From positions 1 through 64,000 of the forward strand of contig JAXMNT010000002.1 of assembly GCA_034670305.1 (NCBI GenBank): a stretch of DNA of 64,000 nt. Reading direction: 5' to 3'. Under the pieces are notes generated by a model. That model had not been told where the DNA came from. It saw only the letters and a list, made by a program, of their open reading frames with translations, and ran no database searches. Origin of the DNA: Deltaproteobacteria bacterium (GTDB taxonomy: Bacteria; Myxococcota_A; Polyangia; Polyangiales; Houyiibacteriaceae). A program made the translations under genes and the position numbers. Position 1 is the first letter of the stretch, and each line of letters starts with the position of its first letter. Below are positions 10,540 to 20,842 of the stretch, piece after piece.

Positions 10540-11912
10540 GACGCACCTCCTTCTGCGGGCCAGCCGGGTATCGCCCCGGTGTCGTAGGCCCCCGATCGAA
10601 ACGCCTCCGACCGCAGGATCGCCAGGTGCATCGGCACGGTGGTCGGCACGCCTTCGCACCGCAGCTTCTCGAGCGCGCCGATCATTCGGTCGCAGGCTTC
10701 GTCTCGCGTCGGGGCGTGCGCGATGACCTTGCAGATCAAGCTGTCGTAGAACGGTGGCACTTCGTATCCAGCTTCGACGTGGGTGTCGACGCGGATGCCT
10801 TCGCCCTTTGGCACCTCGAACGCCGTGAGCACCCCGGGCGCCGGCTGAAACCCCGCCGACGGATCCTCCGCGTTGATGCGGCACTCGATGGCGTGTCCCT
10901 CGAACTCGACTTCTTCGTGCTTCAGCCGGTGTCCGGCGCCCGCCAGGATCTGTTCTTCGACCAGATCGATCGGCGTGGATGCCCCAGGCCAGCGGCTCCG
11001 CATCTCGGACACGCAGTGTTCGACCTGCAGCCGGGTGTTCATCTCCATGAACCGGAGCGTTCCGTCGCCGTCGAGCAGGAACTCCATCGTGCCGGCCCCG
11101 ACGTAGCCGATCGCCGCGGTGGCCTTCTTGGCCGCCGCCAACGCACGCGCCCGCTCTTGTGGATCGAGCGTGGGCGCGGGCGATTCTTCGATGAGTTTCT
11201 GGTGGTTGCGCTGGACGGTGCAGTCCCGTTCGCCGAGGTGCACGACGTTTCCGTACTTGTCCGCGAGCAACTGGATCTCCACGTGCCGGCCCCGTTCCAC
11301 GAGCTTCTCCAAGTACAGATCGCTGTCGGCGAAACAGGCCAGTGCTTCGGCACGCGCTTCGTCGAACGCGCGCTCGATCTCGTCGGCGGACCGAGCGATG
11401 CGCATGCCACGACCGCCGCCACCACGCTCCGCTTTGAGCAACACCGGGTACCCGACGCGGTCCGCGACGCGTCGCGCTTCGTCGGCCGTGGCCAGGATGC
11501 CTTCGGACCCGTCGATCAACGTGAGGCCCGCCGCGGCCATAGCGCGCTTCGCCGGGGTCTTGGTCCCCATCAACTGCATCGCGTGCGCGGGCGGTCCGAG
11601 GAAGGTCACCCCGTGGGTCTCACAGAGCGACGCGAACCGCGGGTTCTCGGAGAGGAACCCCCAGCCCGGATGAAGCGCGGTGCAGCCCGACTGCACCGCC
11701 GCTTGCACGACCCGCTCCAGATCGAGGTAGCTCTCGGAGCTGCGCGACGGCCCGAGCACGACCGTCTCGTGGGTCTGGGCGTAGGGGGCGGCGCGATCGG
11801 CCTCCGAGACGCCGAACACGGGCGTGATGCCGAGGCGCTCGCAGGTGCGTCCCACGCGGGCTGCAACCTCGCCCCGGTTGGCGATGAAGAGTCGGTGAAA
11901 AAGTCGGGCCAT
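10536..11912 (-). CDS. accC: Biotin carboxylase (ATP-grasp)
   Basis: [62 protein letters not shown]. Confidence 0.93.
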
Positions 11913-12093
11913 GAGGTGGGCGATCCACTCCGAGAATGGGTAAGGGCGCGGCGGATGCTGCGTTCGCGCGGACCGTAGCAGGCTGCCGCCAAACTCCCAG
12001 GATGAGATCTGCGCCGACTTGGTTTCCGGGTCCGGGACATCGACTTGCCGCTTCACTCTTCGCCGAGGCGGCTCGAAGTGGTACACAGCGCCG

Positions 12094-12726
12094 ATGGCGC
12101 AGCGCAAAAAGAGCGAAGGCAAGAAGAGCGACAAGAAGGCAGCCAAGAAAAAGGCCGCGAAGAAAGCCGCGAAGAAGAGTTCCGGCGCACCGGCACCGCT
12201 CCGCAAGAGCGGCCGACCGGTCGTGGGCATTCTCACCGGCAGTCCCTCCGATCTGCCGGTGGTGATGAAGGCGCGCGATGTGCTCGAGCAACTCGACATC
12301 CCCTCCGATGTCCGGGTGCTCTCCGCCCACCGCACGCCCGTCGCGACGGTGCAGTACGTGACGGCCGCGCGCGAAGCCGGCATCGAAGTGCTCATCGCGT
12401 GCGCTGGCATGGCCGCGCACCTCGCGGGTGTGGTCGCTGCCCACACCACCCTTCCCGTCATCGGGGTGCCGCTGGCCTCCGGCGCGCTCGCAGGCATCGA
12501 CGCCTTGCTCGCGACGGTTCAGATGCCGCCGGGCATCCCGGTCGCCACCGTCGGCGTCGATGGAAGCCGCAACGCCGCGTTCCTCGCGGCCCGCATCCTG
12601 ACCCTCAAACACCCCGAGCTGATCCCGCGTCTCGAAGCACAGCTCGAGTTGAACAAGACCCGCTACGACTCGCCCAACCTCGACATCCCTGGCCAGGCAC
12701 TCGCCGGCCCGAAGAAGAAGCGCTGA
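12094..12726 (+). CDS. purE: N5-CAIR mutase PurE with Lys/Ala-rich N-terminal extension
   Basis: [39 protein letters not shown]. Confidence 0.95.
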   Translation: MAQRKKSEGKKSDKKAAKKKAAKKAAKKSSGAPAPLRKSGRPVVGILTGSPSDLPVVMKARDVLEQLDIPSDVRVLSAHRTPVATVQYVTAAREAGIEVLIACAGMAAHLAGVVAAHTTLPVIGVPLASGALAGIDALLATVQMPPGIPVATVGVDGSRNAAFLAARILTLKHPELIPRLEAQLELNKTRYDSPNLDIPGQALAGPKKKR

Positions 12727-13595
12727 AGGTCGCGATCACTGGCGCGTCGGGCCTCGTCGGCACCGCGCTCGGCCACGCGCTGCGACAGCGGGGCGACACC
12801 GCGATCGCGATGGTGCGCGGCTCGGCAAGCACGGAGCGCGAGGATACGCTCGGCTGGACCCCCGGATCGGAAGTCGAGTCGCTCGAAGGCATCGACGCGG
12901 TCGTCCACTTGGCGGGTGCCAGCGTCGCCGACCGCTGGACCGAGGCGCACAAAGAACGCATCCGGAAGAGCCGCGTCGACGGGACCGACGTCATCGCCCG
13001 CGCCGTCGTCCGAGACGGAGTGCCGCGCCTCGTGAGCGCCTCCGCCGTCGGGTTCTACGGCGACCGCGGCGACGAACGCATCGACGAAGACGCGTCCCGG
13101 GGCGAAGGGTTCTTGGCCGACGTCTGCGGGCTCTGGGAAGGCGCGACCGAACCAGCCCGCGACCGCACGACCATCGCGCGCATCGGCATCGTGTTCGCCG
13201 CGGACGGAGGCGCGCTGCCGAAGATGGCGACGCCGTTTCGATTCGGCGTCGGTGGCAAGGTCGGATCCGGCCGCCAGTTCCTGAGCTGGGTCCACCTTCA
13301 AGACCTCGTCGCCATGCTGCTCTTCGCCATCGATGGTGAGGTCACGGGCACCTTCAACGCGGTGTCGCCGAACCCGGTCCGCCAATCCGAGCTCGCCGCA
13401 GTACTCGCGAAGGTCTTGCGCCGGCCCAACTGGCTGCCCGTCCCCAAAGCGATGATCAAACTCGCGATGGGTGGCGACATGGCCGAAGAGATGTTGCTGG
13501 CCAGCCAACGCATCGAACCGGCGGTCCTGCGCGCGGCTGGGTTCGAGTGGCGCCATGGGTCCTTGGAACCGGCGCTCCAAGACGTCCTCGGCTGA
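12723..13595 (+). CDS. TIGR01777/YfcH family NAD-dependent epimerase-like protein; apparent CTG start
   Basis: [45 protein letters not shown]. First codon would be CTG overlapping the purE TGA. Confidence 0.9.
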   Translation: MKVAITGASGLVGTALGHALRQRGDTAIAMVRGSASTEREDTLGWTPGSEVESLEGIDAVVHLAGASVADRWTEAHKERIRKSRVDGTDVIARAVVRDGVPRLVSASAVGFYGDRGDERIDEDASRGEGFLADVCGLWEGATEPARDRTTIARIGIVFAADGGALPKMATPFRFGVGGKVGSGRQFLSWVHLQDLVAMLLFAIDGEVTGTFNAVSPNPVRQSELAAVLAKVLRRPNWLPVPKAMIKLAMGGDMAEEMLLASQRIEPAVLRAAGFEWRHGSLEPALQDVLG

Positions 13596-13609
13596 GCTGC
13601 GCTGCCCGG

Positions 13610-13660
13610 TCCTCAGCGGCCGGGCTCAGCGGGACTCAGCGGCCGGGCTCAGCGGCCGGG
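13610..13660. repeat. Short imperfect tandem repeat of CTCAGCGG(CCGGG), 4 copies, duplicating the 3' end of the minus-strand gene
   Basis: Direct reading. Confidence 0.75.
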
Positions 13661-14641
13661 CCGCGGTCTGCGGACCCGGAAGCGCAGCGTGCGCGTCTCG
13701 GTGCCCAGCCGCGCCTCGACCTCCACGCGATCCCCCACTGCGACCGCACCTTCGAGGTACAGCCGCTCTCGCGTGCGCGCCAGGATCCTTCGGTGGGTGC
13801 GCTGGACGATCACGGTTTCTTCGGGGATCCCCGCAGGGAACGCGCCGACCAGCACCGTGACGAAGGGACCGAGCGGTTCGACGCGGTCGATTCGTTCGAT
13901 CGAGGGCTGGACACCCGGCGCACGTTCGATCGCCGTCACTGCCGGACCGAGTGGCAATGCAGGTCCCGCATGGGACCGCACCTGGGCCGCGGCGGCTTCG
14001 TCTGGGCTGCGGGCGCCGGTGGGTCCGGGCACCCCGGGCAACGGCCGGGGAGGTTGCTCCCGGAGCTCAATGGTCCCACCCGCGGCGTTCGGCGGGAATC
14101 GAAGCACAGCCCCCGCGCGCCACGTGCCGCCCACCTCGCGCGCCACCGACGTCCGCGCGCGAACCGACCCGACGACGACTTCGAGCGGGCGGCTCGGATC
14201 GACGTCGCGCACCTCCACCAGCACGAGCCCGCCGCCCCGCGGCACGAACTCCGGCACCGTCCGCACCACACTGGGCGGCGGCCCCTCGTGATCGGGATGG
14301 CACCAGAATGCGCTGGCTTCCATCCGGTGTGCTGCGGCACGACCTCGGCCGCGCCCACGCCTCATCTTGGCGTTCCGCCAGAGGTAGCTCACCGAGACGC
14401 GGGCACACCGGGCGCCCCGCGGCCAAGCCAACCGAATCGACCCATCCGCCCCGGCCCTCCGCCAGCGCCCTTCCCCGAGCCGCGCTTGATTCGCCAGGTG
14501 GGCGGAAACCCGTATCGCACGCGGTCCATCCGGCGTGATGCTCGTGATCGCGGGTTCCCGTGGCGGTTGCACCGCATGGGCCACCGAATCACCGATCGGC
14601 AGCGCCAGGAGGAGGGAAATCGAGAACAGAACCGCGCGCAT
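13649..14641 (-). CDS. Secreted hypothetical protein, Arg-rich
   Basis: Signal peptide MRAVLFSISLLLALPIGDSVAHA; fills the space between neighbours; no family recognised. Confidence 0.6.
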   Translation of the reverse strand: MRAVLFSISLLLALPIGDSVAHAVQPPREPAITSITPDGPRAIRVSAHLANQARLGEGRWRRAGADGSIRLAWPRGARCARVSVSYLWRNAKMRRGRGRGRAAAHRMEASAFWCHPDHEGPPPSVVRTVPEFVPRGGGLVLVEVRDVDPSRPLEVVVGSVRARTSVAREVGGTWRAGAVLRFPPNAAGGTIELREQPPRPLPGVPGPTGARSPDEAAAAQVRSHAGPALPLGPAVTAIERAPGVQPSIERIDRVEPLGPFVTVLVGAFPAGIPEETVIVQRTHRRILARTRERLYLEGAVAVGDRVEVEARLGTETRTLRFRVRRPRPGR

Positions 14642-14756
14642 GCGCGATGCGACGTTCACCGCTCGCAGAGATTCACTCATGGCCGCGCGCCTGCATGCGC
14701 GGAGCCTACCGAATCCACGTCAGATGTTCTCCCGAGACAGGCCGCCCGACCAGAAG

Positions 14757-15584
14757 TCAGGTGCAGACGCCGTCCAGGCAGGTCTGGCCGCCTCCGCAGT
14801 CGGTGCCGTCGCTTGCCGGGGTGTGCACGCACGTGGCTTCTACGCATGCATCGCGGGTGCAGATGTCGAAGTCGTTGCAGTCCCCGCACCCCGCGTCCGG
14901 ACCGACGTCGGCGCCGGCGTCGGGAGGTCCGGCGTCGCCCAACGACGCGTCCCCCACCGAGGCGTCGTCGCCCACCGTCGGTCCGGTGCATCCGGCGGTG
15001 GGATGGCACCACAGCGGCTCCACGCACGAGTCCGCATCGTAGGCGAGCAGGCAGACGCCGTAGACGCAGGTCGGGGTGGCACACGCCGCGCCCGGTTCGC
15101 AATCCGCGCCGGTGATGCACTCGGGTTCGCCGCAGGAAGCGAGGTCGTTCTCGCCGCAGCGGGGTTCCACGCAGCGGCCCCCGAGGCACTGGGTCCGGGG
15201 GTCGCCTTCATCCACCGGACACACGACGCCGATGCACGAGCGCGCCATCGACACGGTGACCGCGGTGTCTTCCCCGATGTCGATTTGCGTCGAGCGCTCG
15301 GTGAGCCGGCGACCGTCCGGGGCGAGGAGTTCGATGGTCACGAGGTAGGGCCCGGGCGGCACGTCGGCGAACTCCGCGAGCCGGGCGCCGCGCACGAACG
15401 CATCCGTGATCGGCACCGACGCGGTCTGCCCGCGCACGACGTCGCGGGCATCGACCAAGGAGACCTGCGCCCGATCGAACTCGCGCCCCGCCACGAAGTC
15501 CGTGCGGACGTCGACGAACAGCTCGAAGCCCGCATCGCCTGAACAGGCCGCAAGCAGTGCAACCGACAACATCATCCTCTTCAT
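14757..15584 (-). CDS. Cys-rich myxobacterial lipoprotein
   Basis: Lipobox LLAAC; DAG/DAS linker; CNDFDICTRDAC repeat. Confidence 0.8.
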   Translation of the reverse strand: MKRMMLSVALLAACSGDAGFELFVDVRTDFVAGREFDRAQVSLVDARDVVRGQTASVPITDAFVRGARLAEFADVPPGPYLVTIELLAPDGRRLTERSTQIDIGEDTAVTVSMARSCIGVVCPVDEGDPRTQCLGGRCVEPRCGENDLASCGEPECITGADCEPGAACATPTCVYGVCLLAYDADSCVEPLWCHPTAGCTGPTVGDDASVGDASLGDAGPPDAGADVGPDAGCGDCNDFDICTRDACVEATCVHTPASDGTDCGGGQTCLDGVCT

Positions 15585-15682
15585 GTCTCGCTTGTACCGC
15601 CGTGCGGTCGTGATGCGGCGCCACCCACCCTTGAATTAAGACGAAGTAAGCGTGCACCAGTGCGCGTCGCCCGCTTGCCCCG

Positions 15683-16042
15683 GTGCGGCTTTGGAGTGAT
15701 GCTGCCGCCGTGCTCTCCCATCTCCTCCTCCCACTCTTGCTCGCGACACCGCTTGCGCCGGTGGATGGGATGGAACTGGCGTGGGAGGCACCCGGGCCAT
15801 CGCAGAGCGCGCCTACGGTGCCCGCCGAGGCCCCGCTCGGAGACGAGCGAGAGGACGAGCGAGAGGACGACCGCGAGGACGACCGCGAGGACGACCGCGA
15901 CTGGCAGGCGAACGGACGCACCAGCCTCGATCTGTTCGAAGTGCGGGCCGCGGTCTGCGGACCTGGAACGACGCGGCTGGTTTCGCTCACCCCCAGCGAG
16001 CGCCAGCTCCCCAGCTGGGCACGCGCGCCGCCAATCGCCTGA
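15683..16042 (+). CDS. Small secreted leader protein ending in RAPP (putative ribosome-arrest uORF)
   Basis: Hydrophobic N-terminus LSHLLLPLLLATPLA, acidic EREDD repeats, C-terminal WARAPPIA-stop; co-oriented upstream of sulP. Start GTG 15683 or 15710. Confidence 0.6.
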   Translation: MRLWSDAAAVLSHLLLPLLLATPLAPVDGMELAWEAPGPSQSAPTVPAEAPLGDEREDEREDDREDDREDDRDWQANGRTSLDLFEVRAAVCGPGTTRLVSLTPSERQLPSWARAPPIA

Positions 16043-16253
16043 GCTCTCTCTGAGTCCCCGCATGCGTTCGCGCTGACCTCGAAGGTCGCCGGGCCGGACT
16101 TGGATCTTCCGAAGCGTTGCGCCGCAACCGCAGGCGCAGACGTCCGTCCGCCGCTGGCGGCACGTCGACCGCGCCACACCCGCGTCCCTTCGGGGCCGCC
16201 GCGCCCCTCCAACTCCAATTCCTTCCATCGCTGCCCGCCAGCGAGGTGAACCC

Positions 16254-17861
16254 ATGTCCGACACCACCGTTCTCCGGAGTCCTACCGATCCGGCAACCCC
16301 CGACTCCAGCGCGTCTACCTGGCGCGCCGACCTGACCGCAGGCGCGCTCGTGTTCCTGCTCGCCCTTCCCCTCTCCCTCGGCATCGCCATGGCCAGTGGG
16401 TTCCCACCGGTCGCGGGTCTCCTGACCGCCATCGTCGGTGGGGTGGTCGTGACCTGGCTCGGGAGCGCACGGCTCACGATCAAGGGACCGGCCGCGGGGC
16501 TGATCGTCATCGCGCTCGGCGCCGTGCACGAGCTGGGACAGGGCGATGCCATGCTCGGCTACAGACGCGTGCTCGCCGTCGGTGTGCTCGCGGCGCTGGT
16601 CCAGATCGTGTTCGCGTTCGCGCGGGCGGGATCGCTCGGGGATCTGTTTCCGCCCACCGTGGTCCACGGCATGTTGGCCGCCATCGGTGTGATCATCGTC
16701 TCGAAGCAGCTGCACACGATGATGGGGGTCACCCCTCACAGCGACAGCCCGCTCGCGCTGCTGGCCGAGGTGCCCGAGAGTGCCAACACGCTCGACCCAG
16801 AGGTCGCCTTGATCGGCGGCATCGGCCTGCTCTTGCTCTTCGTCTGGCCTCTCATCCCGCGCGCGCGAAAGCTGCCGGCGCCGCTCATCGTGCTCGCATT
16901 CGCTGTGCCGTTGGGGCTCGCGTTCGCCCTGGGCACGCCCCACGACTACTTCTTCGCGGGCCACAGCTACCACATCGGCGAAGGTCTGCTCGTCGCGCTC
17001 CCCGACTCCATTCTGGATGCGGTCACGTTCCCCCAGTTCGACGTCGTCTTCTCGGCCGCATCGCTGAAGTACGTCGCCATGTTCGCGCTCGTGGGATCCA
17101 TCGAGTCCCTGCTGAGCGTCAAGGCGGTCGACCAACTCGACCCCACCCATCACGAATCCGACCTGAACCGAGACCTCTTCGCCGTCGGCATGGGGAACTT
17201 GATCTGCGGGCTGATCGGCGGCTTGCCGCTCATCTCTGAGATCGTCCGCAGCTCGGCGAACATCGACGCGGGTGCCAAGAGCCGCCACGCCAACTTCTTC
17301 CACGGGTTGATCCTCTTGGTCTGTGTGGTCGCGATGCCGTTCGCGCTCGCGACCATTCCCCTCGCGGCGCTGGCCGCGATGCTGGTGTACACGGGCTGGC
17401 GGCTCGCCGCGCCGCGCCACTTCACCGAAGCCGCCCACCTCGGACGAGGGCAGCTCTTCGTCTTCGTGCTCACGTTCGGAGTGACGCTCGGGGTCGATCT
17501 GCTCGCGGGTGTCGCGGTCGGGATCCTCAGCGAGATCGGACTTCACCTCGCCAACGGCGCATCGTTCCGCGGACTGCTCCGACTCGACATCGAAGAGGAG
17601 ATCGACGACGAGACGCTGGTCCTCCATGCGCGTGGCCCGCTGGTGTTCACCAACTTCCTCCGGCTCAAACGGCGGCTCGACGCGGCTGCCGCCAACCACC
17701 AGGCGGTGCGCCTCGACCTCTCCGTGTCTCCGCTCGTGGACCACACGGTGATGGGGAAGCTGCGCTACCTGATTGGGGAAGGCCGCCGCATCGAGCTCGT
17801 CGGGCTCGAAGCCATGGACGCGCTTGGCGCGGACCCGTCGAGCCCCCGGAGGCACAAGTGA
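16254..17861 (+). CDS. SulP/SLC26 family anion (probably bicarbonate) transporter with STAS domain
   Basis: DLTAGALVFLLALPLSLGIAMASG, TIKGPAAGL, EIVRSSANI, C-terminal STAS-like GPLVFTN..LDLS; SD GAGGTG. Confidence 0.93.
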   Translation: MSDTTVLRSPTDPATPDSSASTWRADLTAGALVFLLALPLSLGIAMASGFPPVAGLLTAIVGGVVVTWLGSARLTIKGPAAGLIVIALGAVHELGQGDAMLGYRRVLAVGVLAALVQIVFAFARAGSLGDLFPPTVVHGMLAAIGVIIVSKQLHTMMGVTPHSDSPLALLAEVPESANTLDPEVALIGGIGLLLLFVWPLIPRARKLPAPLIVLAFAVPLGLAFALGTPHDYFFAGHSYHIGEGLLVALPDSILDAVTFPQFDVVFSAASLKYVAMFALVGSIESLLSVKAVDQLDPTHHESDLNRDLFAVGMGNLICGLIGGLPLISEIVRSSANIDAGAKSRHANFFHGLILLVCVVAMPFALATIPLAALAAMLVYTGWRLAAPRHFTEAAHLGRGQLFVFVLTFGVTLGVDLLAGVAVGILSEIGLHLANGASFRGLLRLDIEEEIDDETLVLHARGPLVFTNFLRLKRRLDAAAANHQAVRLDLSVSPLVDHTVMGKLRYLIGEGRRIELVGLEAMDALGADPSSPRRHK

Positions 17862-20842
17862 GCGCCGCTGCCGAGTTGTACGAAGAGCCGCCCGACGCCC
17901 TCGCGAAGGCGCTGGGACACGCAGCCCATCTGCTCCCCGCCCAGGCGCCGCTGGCGTCGTTCGTTCACCACAACACCCTGCACGCGTTCGAGCACCTTCC
18001 GTTCCACGAGGCGGTGCGGGAAGCGGAGCAGTTGCTCGGCGGGCAGCCCTACCTGCCGATTGGAGCGTTCCGTGCCGCGTACGCGCGTGGACGCATCCGG
18101 GCGCGCGACGTGGATGCAACGCTCGATCTGTTCCTCATGGATCGCGGAGACGAACCAATCCTCGAGGGTGTCACCCGACGTGCGCTCGCCCGTATCGCCA
18201 TGATCCACGAGCTCGCTCCGGACGACGTCGCGCAGTGTGCATGGGTGCTCGCGGAGGGATCCGAGCTCGACGCGTTTCCGCCAGCCGCGGCGCGGCAACC
18301 TCTGTTGGCCAACGCGCTCGCCTTCCTGCTCGACGACGAATCCGCGCTGCGAGACCGGTGCCACGTCGAGGCGGCGCCCACCCGCATCGACCTGCCCCGA
18401 CTGCGACACGATCCGGAGCCGCTCGTGCGTCGCGCCTACCATGTGCACGCGTCGCGGATCACCGTGGACGCCGCCCGCCAAGAATCCGCCGCTCCGGACG
18501 AGCCCAACGACCCCTCCCCGCGGTCGCTCTTCTTCCGTCTGGCGAGCGCCTACCTCGACGCGGGGCTCGCGTACTGGGCCATGCCCGGACGGGAGGATGG
18601 GTTCTTCACGGCCTCGGTGCGGTTGCTCGCGCTCGCGGGCGGCCCCTGGGAGAGCGACCGAGCCATCCGCCAACGCGCGCGCGCCGCCAAGGCGCTGGAC
18701 GGCGAGGCCTTTGTGCGAACCTGTCTGGGCGACGCCGGCATCCAAGAAGTGGATTGGGCCGACCGCATCTTGAGCGAACTGCTCGAGGTCCGCGGGTTCG
18801 CGGGCATGTTCGCGACGCTCGAAGCCGACCGCTCGCTCGCGCTCACCGCGTTCCCGCACCGGCTCGTGGACGCGCTGGCGGTGTGGTGGCTGGTGCGACC
18901 GCCCCGTCCGCGGCATGAGACGAAGACCTCCCGTCGAAGGCAATTGGATGCGCCACGAGCGACGACCCGGGACGCGATCGCACTCGCGCGGCTCGCGATC
19001 TTCACCGGGATCGACCTACCGACGTTTGTCGGCCTCGACGCGCGGGATGGCCGCCGGGTCCTGGACGAACTCCAGGCGTTCGGCGATCGGACCCGCCGCC
19101 AGGTCTGGCAAGAGGCGTACGAGCGTGCGCACCGCCATGCCGTCCTCGACGCCGTCGCGCTGAACGATGCCGGCCAGCGCGCGCTCACACCGGCGGCGCC
19201 CCGGCTCCAGGTCGCGTGCTGCATCGACGATCGGGAGGAGTCGCTTCGTCGCCACATCGAAGAACAGGACCCGGCCTACGAGACGATCGGGATCGCCGGC
19301 TTCTACGGCCTCGCGATCGCGTACCAGGGGGTCTCCGATCCGCACGCGCGCCCGCTCCTTCCGGCCGGCCGAAAACCGACCCACCGAATCGAAGAGCAGC
19401 CCGCCACCCGCGCCGGCGGCTGGGCCTTCCGACGCCGGTGGATGGCGGAACTCGGGTTCGGGGGACACGTGGGATCGCGGACGCTGCTGCGGGGGAGCGC
19501 GGCCTCGATGACCGGGATCGCGCAAACGGTCCCGCTCCTCTTGGACGTCTTCGCACCGCGCCGCGCCGCGCGGCTTCGGGCAGGGCTCGCCCGCACCGCA
19601 TTGCGCCCGCCCAAGACCCGACTGAGCGCCTTCGCCGGCGAGTCCGCGCAGTCCGAGGCGACCGCTTCCCACGACCACGACCACCAGGCAGACGACGCGC
19701 TGCCCACCGGATACGACGTCGAGGAAGCGGCCGACGTTCTCGCGGGCGTCCTGCACGACGCTGGCGTGCACGAGTTCGCGCCGCTGTTCATCGCGCTCGG
19801 CCACGGGTCGACCTCGATGAACAACCCGCACGAGGCGGCCCACGAATGCGGTGCGTGTTCGGGTGGCAAGGGCGGCGCGAACGCCCGGCTCTTCGCGGTG
19901 CTCGCCAACGATCCGCGCGTCCGTACCGCCCTCGCCGAACGCGGCCTGGAGATCCCCGAGGAGACCGTGTTCGTCGGCGGCATCCACGACACCTCCAGCG
20001 ACGCCGTCACGCTCTTCGATCTCGACGCGGTGCCCGATTCCCACGCCGAACTGCTCGCGGAGACCAAACGCGTGCTGCTGCATGCGCGTGCGCTCGACGC
20101 CCACGAACGGGTGCGGCGCTTCGACTCGGTGCCACTGGGAGTCAGCCCCAAAGCCGCGCTCCGGCACGTCGAAGGGCGCGCCTACAACCTGGCGGAACCC
20201 CGGCCTGAGTACGGACACTGCACGAACGCCATCTGCTTGGTGGGAAGGCGCTGGCTCTCGCGCGGCCTCTTCCTCGACCGCCGCGCGTTTCTCGTCTCGT
20301 ACGACCCGACCCGGGATCCCGACGGCGACGTGCTGGCGCGGGTCCTGCGTTCGGTCGGCCCGGTCGGCGCGGGGATCAACCTGGAGTACTACTTCTCGAC
20401 CGTCGACCAGAACGTCTACGGCTGCGGGACCAAACTCCCGCACAACGTCAACGGCCTCGTCGGCGTCATGAACGGACACGAGAGCGACCTCCGCACCGGC
20501 CTCCCCTACCAGATGGTGGATGTGCACGAACCCGTGCGACTGGTGACCGTGGTGGAAGCGACCCCGGAGCGCCTGCTCGACATCGCGGAGCGGGAGCCCG
20601 TGGTCGGTCGACTCGTGACGGGTGGCTGGATCCAACTCGTCGCCGCGGACCCAGAGAGTGGCGCGCTCTTCGAGTTCGGCCCCGGAGGTTTCACCCCCTA
20701 CACCCCCGACCTCTCCCGCGTCTCGACCTACTCGGACTCGCGGGCCTGTTACCAAGCCCACCGAGAAGATCGGCGGCCTGCACGGATCCTCGCGGGCCTC
20801 CCCGAGACGTCCCGCAGAGAAAAGGAACCGTCCCATGCATGA
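17858..20842 (+). CDS. dabA: DabA (DUF2309/UPF0753) inorganic carbon transporter soluble subunit
   Basis: FVHHNTLHAFE, CCIDDREESLRRH, GHGS..NNPH, ECGAC, RPEYGH, FLDRRAFLVSYD, INLEYYFS, DLRTGLP, HEPVRL; GTGA overlap. Confidence 0.93.
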   Translation: MSAAAELYEEPPDALAKALGHAAHLLPAQAPLASFVHHNTLHAFEHLPFHEAVREAEQLLGGQPYLPIGAFRAAYARGRIRARDVDATLDLFLMDRGDEPILEGVTRRALARIAMIHELAPDDVAQCAWVLAEGSELDAFPPAAARQPLLANALAFLLDDESALRDRCHVEAAPTRIDLPRLRHDPEPLVRRAYHVHASRITVDAARQESAAPDEPNDPSPRSLFFRLASAYLDAGLAYWAMPGREDGFFTASVRLLALAGGPWESDRAIRQRARAAKALDGEAFVRTCLGDAGIQEVDWADRILSELLEVRGFAGMFATLEADRSLALTAFPHRLVDALAVWWLVRPPRPRHETKTSRRRQLDAPRATTRDAIALARLAIFTGIDLPTFVGLDARDGRRVLDELQAFGDRTRRQVWQEAYERAHRHAVLDAVALNDAGQRALTPAAPRLQVACCIDDREESLRRHIEEQDPAYETIGIAGFYGLAIAYQGVSDPHARPLLPAGRKPTHRIEEQPATRAGGWAFRRRWMAELGFGGHVGSRTLLRGSAASMTGIAQTVPLLLDVFAPRRAARLRAGLARTALRPPKTRLSAFAGESAQSEATASHDHDHQADDALPTGYDVEEAADVLAGVLHDAGVHEFAPLFIALGHGSTSMNNPHEAAHECGACSGGKGGANARLFAVLANDPRVRTALAERGLEIPEETVFVGGIHDTSSDAVTLFDLDAVPDSHAELLAETKRVLLHARALDAHERVRRFDSVPLGVSPKAALRHVEGRAYNLAEPRPEYGHCTNAICLVGRRWLSRGLFLDRRAFLVSYDPTRDPDGDVLARVLRSVGPVGAGINLEYYFSTVDQNVYGCGTKLPHNVNGLVGVMNGHESDLRTGLPYQMVDVHEPVRLVTVVEATPERLLDIAEREPVVGRLVTGGWIQLVAADPESGALFEFGPGGFTPYTPDLSRVSTYSDSRACYQAHREDRRPARILAGLPETSRREKEPSHA

